Part shown: positions 17,623-25,241 of the stretch, one piece after another | Position numbering within the stretch: position 1 is the stretch's first letter | Layout: the number at the start of each line of letters is the position of its first letter | Program-made: the position numbers and the translations under genes | Notes under the pieces: model-generated | Database searches by the model: none | What the model was told of the DNA's origin: nothing | What the model saw: the letters and a program-made list of their open reading frames with translations, nothing else | Assembly (NCBI GenBank): GCA_947589315.1 | Contig: CANPZE010000009.1 | Coordinates: 3,043 to 67,042 of the forward strand | Direction: 5' to 3' | Source: an uncultured Lachnospiraceae bacterium | GTDB taxonomy: Bacteria > Bacillota > Clostridia > Lachnospirales > Lachnospiraceae | DNA length: 64,000 nucleotides

Positions 17623-17699
17623 AGGGATGCCGGACAGCAGCGGCAGATGTCGATATTTGCGTATAAAAAGAATTGATGATTAGCAGGAGGTAGTGTAAG

Positions 17700-17870
17700 A
17701 TGGACTTTGAAGCAGAGTTGGAAAAGTTTCAGCCCAGCCTGGATATTGAACAGGCAGAAGATGCGATATATGGAAATAGTACCACAGATGTGATGGATAT
17801 ACTGGAAACTATACTGAATGAGAACCGAATGGGTGTTGTAAGAGATGCAGAGCAGGTGGAGGAGTCATGA
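17700..17870 (+). CDS. small acidic protein (56 aa), below the ORF-track cutoff
   Basis: AGGAGG lies 8 nt upstream of ATG 17700. The stop overlaps the next start (ATGA at 17867-17870). Sequence: MDFEAELEKFQPSLDIEQAEDAIYGNSTTDVMDILETILNENRMGVVRDAEQVEES. Confidence 0.5.
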   Translation: MDFEAELEKFQPSLDIEQAEDAIYGNSTTDVMDILETILNENRMGVVRDAEQVEES

Positions 17871-19300
17871 ACTGTCCAAGATGTAATGTAGAATTGTCTT
17901 TTAAAAAGAAAAGATGCGATAACTGCGGACAGGATCTGAGAGTGTACCGCCGTATCCTCAGTTTGTCCAATAGTTGCTATAATCAGGCTTTGAGCCAGGC
18001 AAAGGTCCGTGATCTTTCCGGCGCCATTGTATCTCTGCAGAAAAGCCTGAAGTTTAATAAAACTAATACCAACGCCCGCAATCTCCTGGGATTGATCTAT
18101 TTTGAAAAAGGAGAGGTAGTGGAGGCGCTGAGCGAGTGGGTTATCAGCAAGCATTTTCAGGAAAAGGATAATGAAGCGGATCACTATATCCAATATGTGC
18201 AGTCTAATCCTAACCGGCTGGAGAATTACAGCCAGATGGTGAGAAAATATAATTCTGCCTTGATGTCCGCCCGTAACGGGGATGAAGACATGGCGGTCAT
18301 CCAGCTCAAAAAGGTGGTCAATATGAACCCCAGGTTCCTTCGGGCCAATCAGCTTTTGGCTTTGCTGTATATGATGAGCGGCAAGAAGGAGAACCGGATC
18401 AAGGCGTACCGGATCCTGAAAAATATTAGTAAGGTGGATGTGACCAATACTACCACGCTCCGTTATCTGAAAGAGCTGTCTGATATCCATGTAAAACCGG
18501 AACAGGTCTCCAGACCCAGGCCGGCTGCTGAGAAAAAGGAAGGGGCGGCACGGAGGACATTGCCTCCGGTGGATGAAAACGCCTACCGGCCGATCACCCC
18601 TTATAAGGAGGAAAAGCCATCGGTCCTGCCGTTTGTCCATGCTCTTTTGGGTGTAGTGATCGGTATTGTGCTGATGCAGTTCTTGATCGTGCCCCAGCTG
18701 AACAACCGGGCGAACAAGGACGAAAATGAAGCGTTTAAAAGTTACAGTGAAGGGATGGCCGCAGATGAAAGCGATGTCTCCTATCTGAAGAACCAGAATG
18801 AGCAGCTGCAGAAGCAGGTCTCAGAACTGGAGGAGCAATTAGACGGGAACGATGGCCAGACGATCGCAGAGGAGTATGACACGCTTCTTACCGCCATGGA
18901 ATATTATCTGGAGGATAATAACATGGATGCGGCAGAGACGCTGGTGGAGGTGGATAAAAGCAGCTTTGAGGCGGAAAGCGCCCAAAAGCTCTATCAAAAG
19001 ATTAAAAAGGCAACCTTTGCCGCCGCCTCTGAGGATTATTTTATCAGAGGAAGAGACTGCTATAACGGAGAAGGGGAATATGTGGGGAAGCAGGATTACG
19101 ATGAGGCCGTCACCCTGCTGGAGAAGTCTTTGGAGTTCAATAAAAAGAATACCGATTCCATGTATTTCCTGGGACGCTGCTATCAGCAGAAGTCTGATGT
19201 GGATAAGGCTAAGGAATATTATAATCAGATTGTAAATGATTATCCGGATTCTGTCCGGGTATCGGAGGCGAGAAGCAGGCTCAGGGAAATGGGCGAATAG
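17867..19300 (+). CDS. zinc-ribbon / TPR-repeat membrane protein
   Basis: N-terminal CPRC...CDNC ribbon, TPR-like repeats, one TM helix (VLPFVHALLGVVIGIVLMQFLIV), a coiled coil and C-terminal TPRs. Confidence 0.8.
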   Translation: MNCPRCNVELSFKKKRCDNCGQDLRVYRRILSLSNSCYNQALSQAKVRDLSGAIVSLQKSLKFNKTNTNARNLLGLIYFEKGEVVEALSEWVISKHFQEKDNEADHYIQYVQSNPNRLENYSQMVRKYNSALMSARNGDEDMAVIQLKKVVNMNPRFLRANQLLALLYMMSGKKENRIKAYRILKNISKVDVTNTTTLRYLKELSDIHVKPEQVSRPRPAAEKKEGAARRTLPPVDENAYRPITPYKEEKPSVLPFVHALLGVVIGIVLMQFLIVPQLNNRANKDENEAFKSYSEGMAADESDVSYLKNQNEQLQKQVSELEEQLDGNDGQTIAEEYDTLLTAMEYYLEDNNMDAAETLVEVDKSSFEAESAQKLYQKIKKATFAAASEDYFIRGRDCYNGEGEYVGKQDYDEAVTLLEKSLEFNKKNTDSMYFLGRCYQQKSDVDKAKEYYNQIVNDYPDSVRVSEARSRLREMGE

Positions 19301-19352
19301 AAATCGGAAATAGAAATCGGGAATAGAAATAAAAAAGATAAAATGATGGGAA

Positions 19353-19396
19353 AACCTGTCAGAGAATACTAAGGTATCACTCTGGCAGGTTTTTTC
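19353..19396 (+). terminator. intrinsic terminator after the TPR gene
   Basis: ACCTGTCAGAG ... CTCTGGCAGGT stem (one G-U pair) followed by TTTTTT. Confidence 0.75.
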
Positions 19397-19467
19397 ATTT
19401 TTGTAATCAAATTTGTATAGGAAATTGCAGATTGTATGATAATAAATAGAAAAGAGGAAGGTGGATT

Positions 19468-19896
19468 ATGAAATATCAGGAGAGAGAGCAGGAGGGAATC
19501 CATTATGAGATCCAGCGGAATTGCCTGATCATTTATGTGAATCAGGACCTGGACCATCATGCGGTCACCTATCTAAGGGAACGGTCGGACCGCCTGATTG
19601 AGGCGGGAAATATCCGCCATGTTATTTTTGATTTCAGGGATGCAGACTTTATGGACAGTTCCGGGATCGGATTGATCATGGGGAGATATAAGAAGGTTAT
19701 GTTCCGGGGCGGTAAGGCGGCGGTGACCAATGTGAGGGAAGGGGTAAACCGTATTTTTCAAATGTCCGGCCTGTATCAGATCATTGAGAAATATCCTACA
19801 CCGGCGGAGGCCGTGTTTGGAGTAAATCAAAAAAGAGAGGGGCAGACAGTACATGGGCTGTCGCGGAATGGAGGAAAGCATGAAGATCATATTTGA
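19468..19896 (+). CDS. spoIIAA: anti-sigma-F factor antagonist (STAS domain)
   Basis: STAS fold with the phosphorylatable serine motif DFMDSSGIGLI. It sits immediately upstream of spoIIAB-sigF. Its C-terminal tail overlaps spoIIAB. Confidence 0.9.
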   Translation: MKYQEREQEGIHYEIQRNCLIIYVNQDLDHHAVTYLRERSDRLIEAGNIRHVIFDFRDADFMDSSGIGLIMGRYKKVMFRGGKAAVTNVREGVNRIFQMSGLYQIIEKYPTPAEAVFGVNQKREGQTVHGLSRNGGKHEDHI

Positions 19897-20296
19897 CAGC
19901 AATTCAGAAAATGAGGCGTTTGCCAGAACGGTAATCGCTGCATACATAACAAGGCTGGATCCCACTCTGGAGGAACTGGCAGATGTAAAGACCGCCGTAT
20001 CCGAAGCGGTGACGAATTGTATTATCCATGGGTACAGCGGTACGGAGGGGGATATTGAGATGCAGTGCGATATCCAGGATCACGATGTGTGGATCGAGAT
20101 TGTGGACCATGGTGTGGGAATCCCGGATATTGCCAAGGCAATGGAGCCTTTATATACTACAAAGCCGGAATGGGAGCGTTCCGGAATGGGGTTTGCTTTC
20201 ATGGAGGCCTTTATGGATGAGTTAGAGGTTTTCTCGGAACCCGGCAAGGGAACAAGAGTAAAGTTGAAGAAGCATATTGGCAAAAAAGCGGCGTAA
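19880..20296 (+). CDS. spoIIAB: anti-sigma-F factor, serine kinase (alternative starts at 19853 and 19868)
   Basis: VSEAVTNCIIHGY (N-box) and DHGVGIPD (G1). GGAGG lies 5 nt before ATG 19880. Confidence 0.92.
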   Translation: MKIIFDSNSENEAFARTVIAAYITRLDPTLEELADVKTAVSEAVTNCIIHGYSGTEGDIEMQCDIQDHDVWIEIVDHGVGIPDIAKAMEPLYTTKPEWERSGMGFAFMEAFMDELEVFSEPGKGTRVKLKKHIGKKAA

Positions 20297-20322
20297 ATGA
20301 CCCGATAAGGATGGTATGTGCA

Positions 20323-21108
20323 ATGGATGTTTTGGAAATGATAAAAAGAGCACGTACAGGGGATAAAGAAGCCAGGAATCAGGTGGTGGAGGAAAATATA
20401 GGCTTAGTCTGGAATATCGTAAAACGCTTCCATGGAAGAGGCTATGATGCGGAGGATCTGTTTCAGATCGGGTGTATTGGCCTGATCAAAGCCATTGATA
20501 ATTTTGACCTTGAATATGATGTAAAATTCAGTACTTATGCCGTACCTATGATCCTGGGGGAGATCAAGCGTTTTCTCCGGGATGACGGAATGATAAAGGT
20601 GAGCCGTACTGTCAAGGAGAATAGCTGGAAAGTGAGAAGGGCGGCCCAGAGGCTGGATCAGGAAATGGGCCGGTCGGCTACCATTGAAGAGATTGCTGCA
20701 GCTACAGAGCTGGAGCCGGAAGATATTGTGATCGCCCTGGAGGCGGGCTATGAGGTGGATTCTATCTATCGGCCGGTGTTCCAGTCGGAGGGGAATGAGA
20801 TTTATCTGATTGACCAGGTGGTGGCTGGAAGGCAGGGAAGCGTGGGACATGCAGTAAAGGCAGGAGGCGCGCTGGGCATTAAGGGCGAGGCAGAGAATCT
20901 CCGGGATGAGGAGAAGGAACAGCTGCTGGACCGGATGCTGCTGGAACAGCTGCTGGATACCCTTGGGAAAAAGGATCGGATGTTGATCGAACTCCGGTAT
21001 TTTCAGAATATGACGCAGACCCAGGTGGCAAAGCGGCTGGGGATCAGCCAGGTGCAGGTAAGCCGGCTGGAGAAGAAGATATTGGAAAGGCTGCGCGCCC
21101 AGGTATAA
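20323..21108 (+). CDS. sigF: RNA polymerase sporulation sigma factor F (alternative start at 20311)
   Basis: Region 2 DLFQIGCIGLIKAIDNFD...FSTYAVPMILGEIKRFLRD, region 4 TQTQVAKRLGISQVQVSRLEKK, and synteny with spoIIAA/AB. Confidence 0.93.
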   Translation: MDVLEMIKRARTGDKEARNQVVEENIGLVWNIVKRFHGRGYDAEDLFQIGCIGLIKAIDNFDLEYDVKFSTYAVPMILGEIKRFLRDDGMIKVSRTVKENSWKVRRAAQRLDQEMGRSATIEEIAAATELEPEDIVIALEAGYEVDSIYRPVFQSEGNEIYLIDQVVAGRQGSVGHAVKAGGALGIKGEAENLRDEEKEQLLDRMLLEQLLDTLGKKDRMLIELRYFQNMTQTQVAKRLGISQVQVSRLEKKILERLRAQV

Positions 21109-21115
21109 GTACCAG

Positions 21116-21144
21116 GTATAAATAAAAGAAAAAGCCGCATACTA
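21116..21144 (+). promoter_or_regulatory. forespore (sigma-G/sigma-F type) promoter for the spoVA operon
   Basis: GTATA (21116-21120), a 17-nt spacer, then CATACTA (21138-21144), which matches the B. subtilis sigma-G -10 consensus. It lies 30 nt before the first ATG. Confidence 0.6.
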
Positions 21145-21173
21145 CATAGTAATATTTCGAGAGGAGGGATATT

Positions 21174-21377
21174 ATGAAATGGAGTAAATGGTGGCTTTTT
21201 TTGTTTGTGGTGGGGATTGTAATGGTTACTACGGTATACTATGTCACTGTAGTAGGCCGGGAAAAGGTCAGTTACGCCAACGGACGTCTGGTGCGTCAGG
21301 AATTGCAGATGGATGAAGACCCGTTTCCCGTTAATGTATATAAGGAGAAGTTAGCGGGAGGTGATCCTGGCCTATGA
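21174..21377 (+). CDS. small membrane protein (67 aa), first gene of the spoVA-like operon
   Basis: AGGAGGG SD, one TM helix (WWLFLFVVGIVMVTTVYYVTVV), and a stop that overlaps the spoVAA start (ATGA). Confidence 0.6.
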   Translation: MKWSKWWLFLFVVGIVMVTTVYYVTVVGREKVSYANGRLVRQELQMDEDPFPVNVYKEKLAGGDPGL

Positions 21378-21997
21378 AAGCGGGAACCCTCTATTTGAAG
21401 CTGGAGCAATGCAGCAAGGTATCGAACCGCCGTGTCTGTCTGCAGGATGTGGCGGAGATTTATGCGGCAGATGCCAATCTGGTGAAGAAGGTGGGCGAGC
21501 TTGTCTTATGCACAGTAAAAGGAGACAAGAACCAGAAGCTGATCTTTTCTTCATTGAAAGTGATTGACATGATCCAGAAGGAACATCCGGACCTGACTAT
21601 TGAGAATATTGGGGAGACAGATTTTATAGTAGAATACCGGATGCCCATACCGCCTAAGAAGGCATGGGAATATACTAAGACCGGCCTGATCATGCTGGTA
21701 GTCTTTTTCGGTTCTGCCTTTACCATTATGACCTTTAATGAGGATGTCAGTGTGATGGAGGTATTTGCCTCGATCTATGAGCGGATCATGGGGACGGAGA
21801 AGGCGGGAGGAAGTATCCTGGAACTGATGTATTGCGTAGGGCTTGGGATAGGGATCTTGGGATTTTATAATCATTTCTCCCGGGCTAAGCTTCACGATGA
21901 CCCCACTCCGATTCATATTGAAATGTGCAATTATGAAGAGGAAATGAATAAGGCCATCATTAAAGATGCATCCCGGGAAGGAAAGACGATCCAATAG
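21374..21997 (+). CDS. spoVAA: stage V sporulation protein AA
   Basis: 207 aa with an N-terminal soluble domain plus TM helices, placed directly before spoVAB/spoVAC. The call rests on family resemblance and synteny. Confidence 0.75.
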   Translation: MKAGTLYLKLEQCSKVSNRRVCLQDVAEIYAADANLVKKVGELVLCTVKGDKNQKLIFSSLKVIDMIQKEHPDLTIENIGETDFIVEYRMPIPPKKAWEYTKTGLIMLVVFFGSAFTIMTFNEDVSVMEVFASIYERIMGTEKAGGSILELMYCVGLGIGILGFYNHFSRAKLHDDPTPIHIEMCNYEEEMNKAIIKDASREGKTIQ

Positions 21998-22012
21998 AAG
22001 GAGGCGGTCAGG

Positions 22013-22429
22013 ATGGAAATCATCAAAACTATATTGCTTGCAGGGATCGGCCTGGCCAGTGGGGTTGCTGTGGCGGGCGGCGTATTTGCCTTTATCTCGA
22101 TATTGGGCATCATACCCCGGCTGTGCGCGAAGCTGCGGACCGCTTCCAGGGTCTATTCTATGGAGACCTGTATTTTTCTGGGAGGAGTGGCCGGCTGTGT
22201 GGTCACAGTATTCCAGATCCCTCTGACGGGAGGGACAGCAGCGCTGGGAGTGTTTGGGCTGTTTGCCGGAATCTTTGTAGGCTGCCTGGCTATGGCGCTG
22301 GCAGAGACATTAAAGGTATTTCCGGTGCTGGCCAGGCGAACGAAGCTGCGGGTAGGGCTGCCGCTGCTCATTGTGGCTATGGCGGCAGGAAAATTCGTAG
22401 GAGGCCTGCATCAGTTTTTTCATAATTAA
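22013..22429 (+). CDS. spoVAB: stage V sporulation protein AB
   Basis: 138-aa polytopic membrane protein (GIGLASGVAVAGGVFAFISILGIIPRL) in the spoVA position. Confidence 0.8.
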   Translation: MEIIKTILLAGIGLASGVAVAGGVFAFISILGIIPRLCAKLRTASRVYSMETCIFLGGVAGCVVTVFQIPLTGGTAALGVFGLFAGIFVGCLAMALAETLKVFPVLARRTKLRVGLPLLIVAMAAGKFVGGLHQFFHN

Positions 22430-22453
22430 AATCAGTAGAAAGGTTGGAGAGCA

Positions 22454-22960
22454 ATGGAAAAGGATAGTAATCATCCCAAGATGAAAGAAATTCTGGAGGA
22501 ACAGGACGGTGAGCGGCAGAAAGAAAAGTACAATACCTATGTAAAAAATATGACGCCCAAGACGAACTGTGTTTGGAATTGCTGTAAGGCATTTCTGGTG
22601 GGCGGTTCCATCTGCCTGGTGGGCGAGGGGCTGAACCAGCTGTATATGCGCCTGGGGAATACAAAGGAGGTCGCCGGATTTTATGGAATGCTGACTCTGA
22701 TCGGTCTGAGCATCCTGTTGACGGGACTGAATCTGTATCAGAAGCTGGGACAGTTTGGCGGGGCCGGGAGCATCGTGCCGATCACTGGTTTTGCCAATTC
22801 GGTAGTCTCTCCGGCTATTGAATTCCAGACGGAGGGACAGGTGTTCGGTATTGGCTGCAAGGTATTTACGATAGCGGGGCCGGTGATATTATATGGGATT
22901 TTTGCCAGTTGGGTGCTGGGACTGATCTACTGGGCAGGCAAACTGATTGGCTGGTTTTGA
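22454..22960 (+). CDS. spoVAC: stage V sporulation protein AC
   Basis: CKAFLVGGSICLVGEG ... GQFGGAGSIVPITGFANSVVSPAIEFQTEG closely matches SpoVAC/SpoVAEB family motifs. Confidence 0.9.
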   Translation: MEKDSNHPKMKEILEEQDGERQKEKYNTYVKNMTPKTNCVWNCCKAFLVGGSICLVGEGLNQLYMRLGNTKEVAGFYGMLTLIGLSILLTGLNLYQKLGQFGGAGSIVPITGFANSVVSPAIEFQTEGQVFGIGCKVFTIAGPVILYGIFASWVLGLIYWAGKLIGWF

Positions 22961-23104
22961 GAAGAGTACGGTGGGGCTATGCCAGCCTTACCGTACCTTT
23001 TTCTTGCAAGTTCTGGAATATGCAGTACAATAATAAATAAAAAGGGACAGAGGAGCTGCCGGAGCCAGGAGGCGGCGCGCCTGGGAAAGGAGGAACAGAG
23101 GGAT

Positions 23105-24130
23105 ATGAGATATCCGGAATTTTTGAAGGAGGGGGGAACCATTGGTTTTGTCGCCCCTTCCTATGGCTGTAATATAGAACCTTACCGCAGTGCTTTTGAG
23201 AATGCCCAGAAGAAGTTCCGGGAGCTGGGATACAATCTGGTTCTGGGGCCGAACTGCTATGAGGGCAGTGGGATCGGCATCAGCAATACGCCTGCGCTCT
23301 GCGGGGAGGAGATTAATACATATCTGGCAGGGAAAAGCTGCGATGTGGTGATCTCCTGCGGCGGGGGAGAATTGATGTGCCAGGACCTGCCCTATATCGA
23401 CTTTGACAGGTTATCGGCCAGCCCTCCTAAATGGTATATGGGCTTTTCTGACAATACCAATCTTACCTTTCTCCTGCCTACCCTGTGTGATACCGCAGCC
23501 ATCTATGGCCCCTGCGCCCCGGCTTTTGGCATGGAACCATGGCATCCTGTGATCCGGTCGGCCTGGGATCTGCTTTGTGGCCGGAACCTGGAGGTATGCG
23601 GTTATGATAAATGGGAAAAGGAATCCAGAAAGACGGAGGAACATCCGCTGGAGCCTTATAATGTGACAGAATCCAAGCTGCTGAGGCGGTATCCCGATGA
23701 AAATATCTGTTTGACGGGAAGGCTGCTGGGAGGCTGCCTGGATTGCCTGAGCAATCTGGTGGGTACCCGGTTTGACCGGGTCCGGGAATTTAACCGGCGC
23801 TATGGGGACGAGGGGATCATCTGGTTCCTGGAAGCCTGCGACCTGAATCCTATGGGGATCCGCAGAAGCCTGTGGCAGCTGAAAGAGGCCGGGTGGTTTG
23901 ACCGGGTGAGCTGTTTTCTGATAGGAAGGCCTTTGTGGGGGCAGGAGGAATTCCTGGGATTGGATCCTTATCAGGCGGTACTGGGGATTCTGGAGGAGTA
24001 TTCTGTCCCGGTCATACTGGATGTGGATCTGGGACATCTTCCCCCTTCCATGCCTCTGATCAGCGGGGGCATGGCACGGGTGACAGTAGAAGGCAACGAG
24101 ATTGCCATACAACATGATATAGAGGGATGA
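23105..24130 (+). CDS. LD-carboxypeptidase (peptidase S66, MccF-like)
   Basis: GGTIGFVAPS near the N-terminus, GFSDNTNL (nucleophile Ser) and a C-terminal DLGHLPP motif. ATG 23105 follows AGGAGG. Confidence 0.8.
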   Translation: MRYPEFLKEGGTIGFVAPSYGCNIEPYRSAFENAQKKFRELGYNLVLGPNCYEGSGIGISNTPALCGEEINTYLAGKSCDVVISCGGGELMCQDLPYIDFDRLSASPPKWYMGFSDNTNLTFLLPTLCDTAAIYGPCAPAFGMEPWHPVIRSAWDLLCGRNLEVCGYDKWEKESRKTEEHPLEPYNVTESKLLRRYPDENICLTGRLLGGCLDCLSNLVGTRFDRVREFNRRYGDEGIIWFLEACDLNPMGIRRSLWQLKEAGWFDRVSCFLIGRPLWGQEEFLGLDPYQAVLGILEEYSVPVILDVDLGHLPPSMPLISGGMARVTVEGNEIAIQHDIEG

Positions 24131-24178
24131 CAGGATAAAATTTTTGTTTGAGATGCCAAAGAAGGCAGGAGGCGTGCT

Positions 24179-25051
24179 ATGATTCAGGATTTGCCAATGG
24201 GAAGGCTTGAGAATACATATCAGAATGCAGCGCCATCGTCTGGCAGCAGGATCCTCTGTTTTCTGGAGGGCCGGGCGCTGATCCGGAGGGAGGAAGACGA
24301 CAGCCTGCAGCTGCCCTCTTTTTCTGTCTGGAAGGGATGGAAGGGTGAGAGCGGGCGGGCAGATGTCCGCAGGGAAGCTTCTTTTCGGTACCTGTTCCGG
24401 ATCGCCGGAACAGAATATTATCTGTGGCTGGGGCGGCCTGTACCGGAGGCTGACGTCCGGGAAGAGGGATATCATTATGAGAAGGTGGGGGCTTTACGCC
24501 AGCTGGTCTCCAAGGATGTTTGTTTTGCAGTGATGACAGCCTGGCATCTGGCGGCCTGGTACAGAGATAACCGTTATTGCGGGCGTTGCGGTAAGGAGAC
24601 GGCGCATGATGGGAAGGAGCGGATGCTGCGCTGCCCTTCCTGCGGAAATATGATCTTTCCTAAGATTGCGCCTGCCGTGATCGTGGCAGTGACAGATCAT
24701 GACAGGATACTGCTGTCTAAATATGCAGACAGAGATTATAAAAAATATGCGCTATTGGCGGGATTTACCGAGATTGGCGAGACGGCGGAGGAGACTGTCC
24801 GCCGGGAGGTGATGGAGGAGGTCGGCCTCCGGGTAAAAAATATCCGTTATTACAAAAGCCAGCCCTGGGGAGTGGACAGTAACCTGCTGCTGGGCTTTTT
24901 CTGTGAGCTGGATGGAGAGGACAGGATCGATATGGATACCAGGGAGCTGGCATTGGCAGAATGGTTTGACAGAGGGAACTTGCCGGCTCATGATGATGGG
25001 ATCAGCCTGACCAGGGAAATGATGCGGATTTTTGAAGAAGGACGGAACTAA
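24179..25051 (+). CDS. nudC: NAD(+) diphosphatase (NUDIX, NudC type)
   Basis: Zinc ribbon CGRCG...CPSCG followed by the Nudix box GFTEIGETAEETVRREVMEEVG and SQPWG. Confidence 0.88.
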   Translation: MIQDLPMGRLENTYQNAAPSSGSRILCFLEGRALIRREEDDSLQLPSFSVWKGWKGESGRADVRREASFRYLFRIAGTEYYLWLGRPVPEADVREEGYHYEKVGALRQLVSKDVCFAVMTAWHLAAWYRDNRYCGRCGKETAHDGKERMLRCPSCGNMIFPKIAPAVIVAVTDHDRILLSKYADRDYKKYALLAGFTEIGETAEETVRREVMEEVGLRVKNIRYYKSQPWGVDSNLLLGFFCELDGEDRIDMDTRELALAEWFDRGNLPAHDDGISLTREMMRIFEEGRN

Positions 25052-25241
25052 AATAGAACATAAAATGAAAAAGAAGGGCTTTTTGCAGGAATTGAGGGAT
25101 TATATTCCATTTTGGAAATCATAAAGTTTTTGTAAAGTAATGGATTTTTAGTTGACTTAAGAAAGAAAATGCATAAAAATAGAGAGTGCTGAAAAGAAAT
25201 TGGATATCCTTTGACATAGGATAGAGGAAATGGAGACGAAT

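Noticed and set aside
19351-19446. A Spo0A-box-like TGTCAGA, and a sigma-H-like AGGAAAT ... GATAAT pair upstream of spoIIAA.
   Set aside because: The 0A-like heptamer has a mismatch and lies inside a terminator stem. The -10 reads GATAAT rather than the sigma-H GAAT motif, and the spacing is ambiguous. This is not enough to call a promoter.
25211-25216. TTGACA hexamer just upstream of the RND gene.
   Set aside because: No acceptable -10 element follows at 16-18 nt before the SD and start codon, so the match is probably fortuitous.
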